Origin: a virus
Lineage: Duplodnaviria > Heunggongvirae > Uroviricota > Caudoviricetes
Strand: one strand, 5' to 3'
Length of the DNA: 18,492 bases
Virus record (IMG/VR): IMGVR_UViG_3300048058_000019
Shown: piece by piece, positions 1 to 7,700 of the stretch
Layout: each line of letters begins with the position of its first letter
Position numbering within the stretch: position 1 is the stretch's first letter
The notes under the pieces: generated by a model
Told to the model about the DNA's origin: nothing
Database searches by the model: none
Seen by the model: only the letters and a program-made list of their open reading frames with translations
Program-made: the position numbers and the translations under genes

Positions 1-75
1 CTTATCTCCGGCTTGGAATGCGCCCTGCTTAGCGCCCAGATGCTCGATCTCGCAATCTCGTATGAATAGACGCAC
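1..75 (-). CDS. hypothetical protein, 5' part only (runs off window)
   Basis: AAGGAG 6 nt before GTG at 75; MRLFIRDCEIEHLGAKQGAFQAGDK stays open to position 1. Confidence 0.45.
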   Translation of the reverse strand, partial: MRLFIRDCEIEHLGAKQGAFQAGDK

Positions 76-78
76 AGT

Positions 79-333
79 TCACTCCTTATGGTTGAGGTCT
101 CGTGAAACCAAAATTTCTTCGATCTCCGTCTTGATTCGAGCCAAGAGATTTGGAAGTTTGTCCGTCTGCTTACTCTCGATTAGAGCATCAGAGATATCGA
201 AGAGACCGATGATCGACTCGCAAGCACCTGTGCACCAAGAGGTCACATCCGGCCTTATTGAGGGACCGTCATGTACACCTTCTCTGTTATGTGTGATCAC
301 AGGTCGCTTACAATAAGGGCACTCGTAAGTCAT
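79..333 (-). CDS. hypothetical protein with N-terminal CxxC (84 aa)
   Basis: Start moved to ATG 333 (MTYECPYCK), which overlaps the upstream TAA as TAATG. Confidence 0.75.
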   Translation of the reverse strand: MTYECPYCKRPVITHNREGVHDGPSIRPDVTSWCTGACESIIGLFDISDALIESKQTDKLPNLLARIKTEIEEILVSRDLNHKE

Positions 334-464
334 TAGTTGTAACAAAGTGTGATGAAACGAAATGGACCCATCGACACTAACATGCCCTCAAACGAGTTGG
401 GAATTCTGGGAGAACCGAAGTAAAGACGCGTCTTCGACGTGAAGCAATACTTGACGTTGTTCAT
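333..464 (-). CDS. small hypothetical protein (43 aa)
   Basis: MNNVKYCF...TLCYN; ATGA overlap at start, TAATG overlap at end. Confidence 0.55.
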   Translation of the reverse strand: MNNVKYCFTSKTRLYFGSPRIPNSFEGMLVSMGPFRFITLCYN

Positions 465-514
465 TTCCGCTTCCCTTCGACAACGAGGGAGAGCTTGTCC
501 ACAAATATGTTCAT
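461..514 (-). CDS. 17-aa micro-ORF MNIFVDKLSLVVEGKRK
   Basis: Exactly fills the gap between neighbours with TGATG and ATGA overlaps. Confidence 0.4.
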   Translation of the reverse strand: MNIFVDKLSLVVEGKRK

Positions 515-696
515 CAGAACCGGTGAAGCCCAACCTGGACTCCCTCGAGAAGCTCCTCGGACCAGAGCTCGGTATGGTTTTCATGCTCGATCTTGGTCTC
601 AGGGAGAGCGAGCAATGCCTTGGCAAGCTCATGGGTCGTGAGCGTCGGTTGGCTGAGAATCGCCTCCGCTTCGCTTTCAGTCATTTTGACAGTCAC
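514..696 (-). CDS. small phage protein with T(T/V)xELxxxL motif (60 aa)
   Basis: AGGAG 7 nt before GTG; contains LTTHELAKALLALP. Confidence 0.75.
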   Translation of the reverse strand: MTVKMTESEAEAILSQPTLTTHELAKALLALPETKIEHENHTELWSEELLEGVQVGLHRF

Positions 697-795
697 CTAG
701 TTTCTCCTTCCTGGCCAGCCTCTGAGAATGACAGCCAATGCAAAAAAGACTCCAATAACGGAGCCCGCAACGGCAATTCCTTCACCTATCGTCAT
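697..795 (-). CDS. single-helix membrane peptide (32 aa)
   Basis: MTIGEGIAVAGSVIGVFFALAVILRGWPGRRN; ATGA overlap with upstream gene. Confidence 0.7.
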   Translation of the reverse strand: MTIGEGIAVAGSVIGVFFALAVILRGWPGRRN

Positions 796-1283
796 TCCTT
801 GATTCCTTTGATCTTGTACTCCCACCGACCATTAAACCATGTGGAAGGTTTTGCGAAATACCACTTGTTGCTGACCCAACGACGTGCGGTCGTGTGGGTT
901 ATACTTGAGCCGCATTCCGGACAGAGGAACATGTGTCCCCAGAACGCGCCACCGCCATGTTTGCAATCCTCGCAGTATTTGGCGGTCTCCCACGCTCCGG
1001 TATAATCGGGCTTGGCAGTCATCCAAGCTGGGATGACCTCAGGATCCGGAGGTCTGCGTGTGGTACAAAGGAGATGTTTTTCCTCACCCAGAATAGCTGC
1101 GATTGCGGCCTCGAGTGCCACCTCTTCCACGTCCTTGATCGTCATGTGCGGGAGAAGCACGTCGTTGCTTCCCCACGTGACTTGACTCCCGTTGCGTCGT
1201 TTCCACTGAACCCAGTTACGGGTTGCACCGAGCCAATCGCCCCCGTTCTTGAGGCGTTCTCTGATTTCTTCACTGGTCTTCAT
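792..1283 (-). CDS. hypothetical protein with Zn-ribbon-like CxxC..CxxC (163 aa)
   Basis: GGAGG RBS; CEDC and CPEC motifs. Confidence 0.8.
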   Translation of the reverse strand: MKTSEEIRERLKNGGDWLGATRNWVQWKRRNGSQVTWGSNDVLLPHMTIKDVEEVALEAAIAAILGEEKHLLCTTRRPPDPEVIPAWMTAKPDYTGAWETAKYCEDCKHGGGAFWGHMFLCPECGSSITHTTARRWVSNKWYFAKPSTWFNGRWEYKIKGIKE

Positions 1284-1724
1284 TTAGCCCCTCCCTAGGC
1301 TTGGAATTGCGACGTCTGGGTAGACGCCTGGATTCTCGAATTTAGCGAGGGCATTGCCCTTCTTGGTCAACCCCCACAACATCGCTGTAGAAAGACTGGC
1401 GGAGATTGCATACTTGTGCATCTGCTGGTGGCAGGTCCGGTGGCAGATTGCAAGATTCCGCACCGCGTTGTTGTTCCGGTCTTCATCCATGTGATGAAGA
1501 GTGATCCTGTCATCCACAGGATTGACGTCGTGGACTAGAATCTTCTTGGTGCACCAGTAACAACGAGGTTTGGAACTGCTGATGAGTTCTCGGACCTTGA
1601 CTGTCAGCTCAAGAACTTGCTGAGCACCAGCCGTCTGATTAGAGAGCTTGTTTGTCGCCCCGTACTTCAACTCAAACCAGCGAGCGAACTCCTTCAGCCG
1701 TCTACAGCGTGCTTGGAAGGTCAT
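1284..1724 (-). CDS. HNH endonuclease family protein (146 aa)
   Basis: CYWC...LHHMDEDRNNNAVRNLAICHRTCHQQMH matches the CxxC / HH / N..N / CxxCH HNH signature; AAGGAG RBS. Confidence 0.85.
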   Translation of the reverse strand: MTFQARCRRLKEFARWFELKYGATNKLSNQTAGAQQVLELTVKVRELISSSKPRCYWCTKKILVHDVNPVDDRITLHHMDEDRNNNAVRNLAICHRTCHQQMHKYAISASLSTAMLWGLTKKGNALAKFENPGVYPDVAIPSLGRG

Positions 1725-1980
1725 GCAGCTCCTTGTTGGTAATCTTGATCATGCGCTTCCGTTCTGGCGACAGGTCATCTTTGTAGCAGGTTACATATGA
1801 CGCTCTGCCATCTTGGAACCCGACCTTGCCACCAAAACCCAGCCCGCCTTGAAAACGCCATTCGCGGGTTGATTCAACATCGGCGGTCGCAAGGAAGTTC
1901 TCCCGCAGAGGCTCGTGGGCCCCCGCATGCTCCACCAAGATGTCCCAAACCTTGTCGAGGTAACTCTTGCTCTGACTCAT
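1702..1980 (-). CDS. hypothetical protein (92 aa)
   Basis: ATGA coupling; EWRFQGGLGFGGK and YVTCY segments look protein-like. Confidence 0.8.
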   Translation of the reverse strand: MSQSKSYLDKVWDILVEHAGAHEPLRENFLATADVESTREWRFQGGLGFGGKVGFQDGRASYVTCYKDDLSPERKRMIKITNKELHDLPSTL

Positions 1981-2108
1981 CCGAGTATCCTCTCACAGAA
2001 ATTCCAGACAGAAGATATCCACCAGCCGAGTGCCCAAATGACAACTAGTAAGACTGTAAATGCCACCGGCATCACGGTCGCTATGCCGATGATCTTGAGT
2101 GCCTTCAT
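1977..2108 (-). CDS. membrane peptide (43 aa)
   Basis: MKALKIIGIATVMPVAFTVLLVVIWALGWWISSVWNFCERILG; ATGA overlaps at both ends. Confidence 0.75.
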   Translation of the reverse strand: MKALKIIGIATVMPVAFTVLLVVIWALGWWISSVWNFCERILG

Positions 2109-2458
2109 GCGAACCTCTCCACAAGAAGATCACGGAAATCCTTGTACTTGAGTCCTTGATTCATCTGCTCGCGCACGGCGGGGACGAAGGTCTCCTTAAA
2201 GAACTCTTCTCCCATCCGGCCAACAACATCACCCATGAAGTGTTTGGCCGTCTGTGGTTTGCCTCCCAGCTCGCGAACCTTGTGGACACGGCGTTCTCCG
2301 TGTCCATAACCTCGACCGCCCATCCGAGCGGCCACAACCTTGGCGAGCCAGATTCCTTCCGCCTGCGCATCGTCCTCACTCATCCCGGCATCGAGATTCA
2401 TGAGGTATTGGTGCGTGGCGAAAACGTCGAAACGACGAATGCTCATCTTCTGCTTCAC
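2105..2458 (-). CDS. hypothetical protein (117 aa)
   Basis: GTGA coupling; RRFDVFA...GIWLAKVVAAR; function not recognised. Confidence 0.8.
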   Translation of the reverse strand: MKQKMSIRRFDVFATHQYLMNLDAGMSEDDAQAEGIWLAKVVAARMGGRGYGHGERRVHKVRELGGKPQTAKHFMGDVVGRMGEEFFKETFVPAVREQMNQGLKYKDFRDLLVERFA

Positions 2459-2685
2459 TTGAACTCCTCTTCGATGAGAGTAGCTAGACGCTCCGCTTCG
2501 GCCCTGCAGGCTTGTGCCGTGTCGTGGTCGCCGATGTCACGCCAAATGATGGCGGTATCAATCAGCTGATCATGACGCTCCTTGAGTTTTCGGAACCTCC
2601 GCCTTTCACGCCATTTCCACCATATGAACATGGCGAAGAAGCCAGCGGTGGCGGCAACAATGCCCGCAATAATGCCTTCGAACAA
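2455..2685 (-). CDS. N-terminally membrane-anchored protein (76 aa)
   Basis: Hydrophobic residues 4-23 followed by basic KWRERRRFRK. Confidence 0.75.
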   Translation of the reverse strand: MFEGIIAGIVAATAGFFAMFIWWKWRERRRFRKLKERHDQLIDTAIIWRDIGDHDTAQACRAEAERLATLIEEEFK

Positions 2686-2686
2686 C

Positions 2687-2980
2687 TTACACCCGGTATT
2701 CCCGGGCGATCTCCTCGACCGTCTTGCGGTCGATGCCCAGCTTGGTGTGGGGCGCGTAGCGAACGATGAACCGCGCCAGATTCCTCAGGGGGAGCCTCAT
2801 CGGGGTTGCGCCCGAGGGGAGCTTGCCGTTCGTGCGGCCGAACCAGAAGGTGGTTGCGGCCCCGGCGTACTCGCTCAGCTGCTGACCGGGTTTCCATCCC
2901 AAGTGACCGAGGAGGACGATCCGCTTCTGACTGTCGGACAGCTGTCCCTTCCTGTGCATCATAAAAGTCTCCATGCTCAA
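2687..2980 (-). CDS. hypothetical protein (up to 97 aa; start uncertain)
   Basis: ORF in operon orientation that abuts the next gene; no clear RBS. Confidence 0.65.
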   Translation of the reverse strand: MSMETFMMHRKGQLSDSQKRIVLLGHLGWKPGQQLSEYAGAATTFWFGRTNGKLPSGATPMRLPLRNLARFIVRYAPHTKLGIDRKTVEEIAREYRV

Positions 2981-3044
2981 CGTGTGGTACCCTGCGTCAC
3001 AACCCCAAACTTAATCAGGGCCAATGCGCCGCTGGCTTTCCACG

Positions 3045-3068
3045 ACACCCGCCAAAATAGGCGGGTGT
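3045..3068. terminator. perfect intergenic hairpin (terminator or RNA-processing site)
   Basis: ACACCCGCC-aaaata-GGCGGGTGT, 9-bp stem; only a short T run on + and none on -. Confidence 0.4.
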
Positions 3069-3102
3069 TTCGGCCGGGAACCATCCGGCCTCATCAGGTG
3101 GG

Positions 3103-3339
3103 TTAGAGATCGTACTCGATACGAACTGCCGGGTGGCTGACCTTACCACCCTCCTCGACGCGACACTTCTCCTTCCGGACCCCAATGATCCAGCCGTTGT
3201 CGACAACCGGCATGTTGGAGTCGAACTTCTGTAACTCTTTGATCAACTCCCCACAGGTCATCGTGCGCGTCGGAAAACGCTCGACAGTCATCTTGGGTTT
3301 GTGTCGAACCGTCCTGATTCGTTGCTTCGTGACCTTCAC
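3103..3339 (-). CDS. small phage protein with MTxxELIxxL motif (78 aa)
   Basis: GTG at 3339 overlaps upstream TGA; contains MTCGELIKELQKFDSNMPVV. Confidence 0.7.
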   Translation of the reverse strand: MKVTKQRIRTVRHKPKMTVERFPTRTMTCGELIKELQKFDSNMPVVDNGWIIGVRKEKCRVEEGGKVSHPAVRIEYDL

Positions 3340-3446
3340 CGCTGCTTCCCTCGACTCCGCGACCTTGCATTCGCCCAATGCGTTCTGGGTTTGGTGCGAG
3401 GAGTCGTCTTGCCGGTCTTCCGGTTAAAGGATCCGCGTCTGCTCAT
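3336..3446 (-). CDS. Arg/Lys-rich basic peptide (36 aa)
   Basis: GGAGG RBS; MSRRGSFNRKTGKTTPRTKPRTHWANARSRSRGKQR; GTGA overlap with downstream gene. Confidence 0.6.
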   Translation of the reverse strand: MSRRGSFNRKTGKTTPRTKPRTHWANARSRSRGKQR

Positions 3447-3498
3447 ACCGCCTCCAATGACTGGTAGCGCATCGAGCTGATCAAGTGGGTGTGTCAAC

Positions 3499-3837
3499 TT
3501 ACCTCCGTTTCAGGGTTTTTGTGAACGCTTCCATGACCTGCGCCTTGGTTCTCTCCTCCTCATTGTTCCAGGCACCGAGATTGCTGTCAAAGTCCTTCTC
3601 GATCACGGGGTTGGCTTTGATCACGGCCTTTTCGGCCTCCACACACCGAGGAGAATTCCAATAAAAGTCCCAGTGATCGCCCTCGCCCAACTTTTCATTG
3701 GGGTGGATTGCACGGAGGATCGCTCCACGAGCGCAAACTGGCCCTCCTTTTTCTTCCTCGAACACATCCTTGATCAGGCCACGACGGCGCAAAACGCCAA
3801 GTGCCTTTGTGAGGTCTTCTCTTACTTGTTTCTTCAT
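3499..3837 (-). CDS. phage protein resembling the DUF6197-type family (112 aa)
   Basis: VCARGAI and C-terminal WNNEEERTKAQVMEAF match the C..GA..WND..RT..V pattern as recalled; not searched. Confidence 0.6.
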   Translation of the reverse strand: MKKQVREDLTKALGVLRRRGLIKDVFEEEKGGPVCARGAILRAIHPNEKLGEGDHWDFYWNSPRCVEAEKAVIKANPVIEKDFDSNLGAWNNEEERTKAQVMEAFTKTLKRR

Positions 3838-3839
3838 GG

Positions 3840-4340
3840 CTATCTCTTGTCGAACCCGATCTGGGGAACGTGCGCGGCCAAATCCGCGAGAGTTGGGATC
3901 TCATCGACCTTCCGCTGAAGGTCCGGGGAGAGCTGGGAGTTATAAAGGTCGCGAACTCGGTTGTTCGTCTCGTCCGAGAGATGAGCGCGCATGTCCGCTG
4001 CCTTCTTGGTGATCTCGGCCGACCTGATCGCAACCTTGTCCCGAACTTGCGTCTGAAGTTCCCGCCAGGCATTCCCCGCGTCGTTCATTTCCTTCTCAAG
4101 CTTGGCCAGCTTCTTGTAGAGCTCCTGCTTGAGGGAGGATTCCTTCTCGCGATAAGCCTGATTGGCTTTGTTCATCTTGTCGCGAGCCTTGTCGAAGTTG
4201 AGCTCCTTGGAGACCTTGCCCTCGAGCTCCTTCATCGCGGCGCGCTCGTACTCATCGATCTGCGTCCGCGTGGCTCCCATCCGGGACCGAATCATCGATT
4301 CGGCCAACTTCAATTCCTGCATCTGCTTGCTCTGGCCCAT
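3840..4340 (-). CDS. coiled-coil protein (166 aa)
   Basis: GGAGG RBS; charged helical heptad-like sequence. Confidence 0.85.
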   Translation of the reverse strand: MGQSKQMQELKLAESMIRSRMGATRTQIDEYERAAMKELEGKVSKELNFDKARDKMNKANQAYREKESSLKQELYKKLAKLEKEMNDAGNAWRELQTQVRDKVAIRSAEITKKAADMRAHLSDETNNRVRDLYNSQLSPDLQRKVDEIPTLADLAAHVPQIGFDKR

Positions 4341-4357
4341 GTCGTATCCTCCATGCC

Positions 4358-4477
4358 TCAGAAAAGTAAAAGCTTCAAAGTAGTTAAGACTACTGCCGCA
4401 ATGCCAAGGTCAATCAAGATGATCTTCCAGTTGTCTCTCTCGCAGGGATCGACGTCATCGAGCTCCCCGTCTTCCAT
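4358..4477 (-). CDS. acidic-N, hydrophobic-C membrane peptide (39 aa)
   Basis: AAAGGAG RBS; MEDGELDDVDPCERDNWKIILIDLGIAAVVLTTLKLLLF. Confidence 0.65.
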   Translation of the reverse strand: MEDGELDDVDPCERDNWKIILIDLGIAAVVLTTLKLLLF

Positions 4478-4487
4478 CTCCTTTCTC

Positions 4488-5090
4488 CTATCGAAGGGTC
4501 ATTTGATTGAGGGCCGCATCGCCGGTTAGCAACATAGCCAACACGAAAGCGTGGCCCATCTTGCGTTTCGGATCGTTCAGGACTTGGGTGAGTGTCTTGT
4601 TCATTGCCCCATAGTCGTAACCGTCGAAGTCCCGCAGGACGATCAATGGCTCGGTGTTGTAGGCTTGAACAAGGCGGTTCCACCCGTTCGTTTTCTTGAC
4701 CGCTTCAGCGTAGAGGGGAGCGTAAATCTGCTTCCGGGCGTCGATGTAACCCAGCTTGTTGCCTTCCCACCAGCTGTACTTCGGTACTGCCCCTCTTCCC
4801 ATCGGGTAACGGTGAGCGAACTGATCCCCCCAGCCCTTCTCGGCCCAAACCCAGTAAGCCGGGGTTGGGTCGCCGTTCTGGTCGGCGTGTTGGGCGTAAA
4901 CCTTGGCGAACTGCCAAGCGTTCTCCATGTTAAGACTGACCTTCCCGTCATAAAGCGGGCAAGGTCCCACATGGAAGGGACTCAGGTCCCGTTGCCAGTC
5001 GCCATTGGCCTTGCTCGTGGTATTGACCACAAGCCCGTTGGTCCCCAGGACCTTCGTGTACATGTTCACAACCCGAATCTGAGCTGCCAT
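4488..5090 (-). CDS. conserved 200-aa protein, DUF6939-like and possibly NADAR-related
   Basis: AGGAGG RBS; motifs NTTS..LSPF..NMENAWQFAKV..ARKQIYAPLY..LRDFDG..MGHAFVL; family assignment from memory. Confidence 0.6.
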   Translation of the reverse strand: MAAQIRVVNMYTKVLGTNGLVVNTTSKANGDWQRDLSPFHVGPCPLYDGKVSLNMENAWQFAKVYAQHADQNGDPTPAYWVWAEKGWGDQFAHRYPMGRGAVPKYSWWEGNKLGYIDARKQIYAPLYAEAVKKTNGWNRLVQAYNTEPLIVLRDFDGYDYGAMNKTLTQVLNDPKRKMGHAFVLAMLLTGDAALNQMTLR

Positions 5091-5109
5091 TCACACCTCC
5101 TCAAAAGAG

Positions 5110-5214
5110 TTAGCTGACGAAGTAGATCCCAAAGGTCATAACGGCCCAAACAACAACCGCGCCAGTCCAAAAACCAGCGCCAAACGACGCTGCGATTTCC
5201 TGCTTCACTTTCAT
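5110..5214 (-). CDS. membrane peptide (34 aa)
   Basis: MKVKQEIAASFGAGFWTGAVVVWAVMTFGIYFVS; ATGA overlap. Confidence 0.7.
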   Translation of the reverse strand: MKVKQEIAASFGAGFWTGAVVVWAVMTFGIYFVS

Positions 5215-5418
5215 TTCTCAACCCTCGTATTCTTCATCTTCTTTTTGAGATCCTCGAGATAGCGAATGTGGTCGATGTACCAGCCTCCCTCTAAGGAGCC
5301 AGGTACCTTAATGGAAAGCTCGATTTGCCGCTCCTTAGCTGCGACGATAGCGTTCTGAACGCAATCCCATAATCATCTCAGCATCGACATCATCGACCAC
5401 AAAATCGAAGTGGATCAA
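5211..5418 (-). pseudogene. ~68-aa gene interrupted by a +1 frameshift (error, pseudogene or recoding)
   Basis: GGAGG plus TTG (TTGA overlap) gives MIHFDFVVDDVDAEMIM; DCVQNAIVAA...KMKNTRVEK continues in another frame after the GGG run at 5366-5368 and ends in an ATGA overlap; span is 208 nt = 3n+1. Confidence 0.6.
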
Positions 5419-5750
5419 AACGACCTCCCAACCTCCTGCTTGAGCTCTTCAAAGCGGCGTTTCATCGCCTCTCGTTTCCCTGAAGGGACACGATCCCAAG
5501 TAGCCCGAACCTGCCAGTCGGTGGCCTGTGTCATTGGGTACATCCTGCGTGGAATGATGCGAAGACTGTCGTAGACTGGATCGAAAATCGTGAGGTGGTC
5601 CTCAGTCGCCTCTGCACAATAAGAGGCTTCATAGGCCCAACTCATGTTCATTTTGGTGAGAACAGGGCCGCCAGGATATTCAGTTTCTTCATTCACAATG
5701 CCCTTGCAGATGACCCAATCACCGGCTTCGATTTCGTCGTCTTTTGGCAT
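5415..5750 (-). CDS. hypothetical protein (111 aa)
   Basis: AAAGGA RBS; IEAGDWVICK start suggests a small beta-barrel. Confidence 0.75.
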   Translation of the reverse strand: MPKDDEIEAGDWVICKGIVNEETEYPGGPVLTKMNMSWAYEASYCAEATEDHLTIFDPVYDSLRIIPRRMYPMTQATDWQVRATWDRVPSGKREAMKRRFEELKQEVGRSF

Positions 5751-6021
5751 TGGGTTTTCCTTTCTTCTGTTCGATTTCGGTGGCCTTCAGGGCCTCAAAA
5801 AGCTTATTGAAGTCCTCGGCTTCCAAGACGAACTTCCAGTGACCGTGCCCCATGAACTGGTCGTACCAGCGAAGAGCCTTCTTATTTAGGGTTAAAACGG
5901 TCTCAATGGCTTTATTCCTCCTGGAGGATTGGGCCTCCTTAGCATCTCGTTCCGCCCAAAGCTGCTTGAGGTGTTTAGCCACCGCTCTGTCGGCGGGATC
6001 GAGTTTGATCTTCTTCTTCAT
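5719..6021 (-). CDS. basic hypothetical protein (100 aa)
   Basis: ATGA coupling, operon orientation. Confidence 0.75.
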   Translation of the reverse strand: MKKKIKLDPADRAVAKHLKQLWAERDAKEAQSSRRNKAIETVLTLNKKALRWYDQFMGHGHWKFVLEAEDFNKLFEALKATEIEQKKGKPNAKRRRNRSR

Positions 6022-6224
6022 TTGACCACCGAGAAAAGAGTCCTGTGATGAGTGGGAATGAACGTCCAGTAGGTCGCCCCGAAGCGCCTGGGGTTGTCGA
6101 TTGCCTCGCGGGTAAGCTGGACGAACATCTTCTCTTCCCTGTCCTGGTCAAATGCCTCGTGGCGCTTCATCCGACCGATGATCGCGTCGACCGTCTCATG
6201 GAGTGCCTGCTTGATCATGCTCAT
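6018..6224 (-). CDS. hypothetical protein (68 aa)
   Basis: GGAGGAG RBS, ATGA coupling. Confidence 0.75.
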   Translation of the reverse strand: MSMIKQALHETVDAIIGRMKRHEAFDQDREEKMFVQLTREAIDNPRRFGATYWTFIPTHHRTLFSVVK

Positions 6225-6664
6225 CTTCTCTCCTCCACTCGAATGTCCAAATGTCTTCCCTTAACGAGGTCGATGGCAACAGTGGCGCGCTGTTTGGGTT
6301 CGTAAAGCGCGTCCCATCCCTCCTGCGTGAACCGGGTCGCAAAACCAGTTGCGTGGAGGAGGTGCTTCATCGCCTTGTAGAGCACCTGTGTCTGCTCCTT
6401 CCAACAAGCATTGTCGTGCTTGCCGTCGTCGTGAGCGCAGATGTGGCACTTCGGGCCCTTACTCTTGTGGGGTACGTCCAAATATCCTTCCCAACGCCAA
6501 GCGTCCTTGTGGCCGACATCCTCCTTCTTCAGGACGCCCGTAGAAATCGCATCGCGGCAACCGGGGCAAAGGATCTTCTCCCCAAATTCCTGCCGTTGTG
6601 CGAGAAGACGCTCCGGGGTGTCATCCCAACAAATTCTGCAATGAAAGCATTGAGCTCGTTCCAT
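6221..6664 (-). CDS. Cys/His-rich putative Zn-binding protein (147 aa)
   Basis: CFHCRIC, CPGC and CHICAH..H..C motifs; TAATG coupling. Confidence 0.75.
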   Translation of the reverse strand: MERAQCFHCRICWDDTPERLLAQRQEFGEKILCPGCRDAISTGVLKKEDVGHKDAWRWEGYLDVPHKSKGPKCHICAHDDGKHDNACWKEQTQVLYKAMKHLLHATGFATRFTQEGWDALYEPKQRATVAIDLVKGRHLDIRVEERR

Positions 6665-6909
6665 TAACGCACCACCTCATCTTCATCCACTTGATGGGGA
6701 CGACTCCATTCAACATTCACCATCACACCATCCAGCTCGCCAACCCACCAATGGTTGTGGCTCACCCAATGATCAATATTGTGTTTGTCTCTCGAGACTG
6801 GATGATTCCCCTTGCACTTGATGGGTTCAGACCCAATCTGGAGCTCAGCAGGGCAGATTTCGATTTCTGGTCCTTCGTCCATGTCACTTAAGCTTTCATG
6901 TGGGGACAA
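6664..6909 (-). CDS. hypothetical protein (81 aa)
   Basis: Operon orientation, coupled to both neighbours. Confidence 0.65.
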   Translation of the reverse strand: MSPHESLSDMDEGPEIEICPAELQIGSEPIKCKGNHPVSRDKHNIDHWVSHNHWWVGELDGVMVNVEWSRPHQVDEDEVVR

Positions 6910-7151
6910 ACGAGAGTGTTGTATTCGCGAGGGAAGTCCAGCCCGTCTGTCTGCCGTACCCGAGCAGGTCGCTTCGCCTCTTCCACCGTCTTCGGATCGA
7001 AGCGCACAAAGATGTGTGCAATGCCGTCAGACGAGGAAATGTCGTAAACCAGCCCGTTGTCTCCCTCGCTGGCATGGAGGTGTTGCTTCTGGCCATCAGA
7101 CCAATAAAGGTCCTTGACTGCTTGGACGGTGTCGCCAATATGAACTTGCAT
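6888..7151 (-). CDS. hypothetical protein, SH3/KOW-like start (87 aa)
   Basis: Start re-assigned to MQVHIGDTVQAV after GAGGAGG. Confidence 0.75.
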   Translation of the reverse strand: MQVHIGDTVQAVKDLYWSDGQKQHLHASEGDNGLVYDISSSDGIAHIFVRFDPKTVEEAKRPARVRQTDGLDFPREYNTLVCPHMKA

Positions 7152-7152
7152 C

Positions 7153-7335
7153 TTAATCCTCCTCAACTTGAATTTCTGCGTAACCCTTCTCTTTGAGTTC
7201 CCGGTTGGGGTAATGAATATCACCACAGACGAGGATTTGAGCGACACTGAGGTCCCGGTTCTGTGCCCCTGTCACGATTACAGGAAGATCCGGGTCCGCA
7301 CCGCGAAGAGCATCCAGGATTTCACCGACTGTCAT
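7153..7335 (-). CDS. small phage protein with MTVxE(I/L)xxxL motif (60 aa)
   Basis: AGGAG RBS; MTVGEILDALRGADPDLPVIV. Confidence 0.75.
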   Translation of the reverse strand: MTVGEILDALRGADPDLPVIVTGAQNRDLSVAQILVCGDIHYPNRELKEKGYAEIQVEED

Positions 7336-7337
7336 CT

Positions 7338-7700
7338 TCACTCTCCTAGACCAATGATTAGTGCATTGTCCTTGAATGGGACAATCTTGTATCGTCCGTA
7401 ACTGGAAAGCCGGAAGGTCCATTGCCTACCCTTACGACTCTCAAGTTCATATTCATCATTTGCAATAAGTTTAACGTCCCCTGCTCCGTATCCGTCCTTC
7501 AACTCTCCATTGAAGTCCTGATAGCTGAGTGGGTGATCCTCAGTCGGCACCGCCAAGAAGCGCTGTCCCTTCTTGGGGAGCGCGTGTTTGGGGATCGCCC
7601 ACGAAGCCATCGCCCGAGAGGGGTCTGCAGGGATCTCAAGGCGAAGATCCCAATGCAGCCCCGCCCTCTTTGCCGCGTGTTCCTGAATCGTGAATCTCAT
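7338..7700 (-). CDS. stand-alone LigD-type DNA 3'-phosphoesterase (PE domain, 120 aa)
   Basis: FTIQEH..HWDLRLE..SWAIPK..LAVPTEDHPLSY.DF.G....GYGAG matches the LigD PE signature including the metal- and phosphate-binding H, H, D, R, H, Y; TAATG coupling. Confidence 0.9.
   Translation of the reverse strand: MRFTIQEHAAKRAGLHWDLRLEIPADPSRAMASWAIPKHALPKKGQRFLAVPTEDHPLSYQDFNGELKDGYGAGDVKLIANDEYELESRKGRQWTFRLSSYGRYKIVPFKDNALIIGLGE

Noticed and set aside
3011-3094. 27-aa ORF MRPDGSRPKH... spanning the hairpin
   Set aside because: No RBS and no overlap coupling
3474-3497. TTGACA on - just after the 3499 stop
   Set aside because: No acceptable -10 hexamer at 16-18 nt
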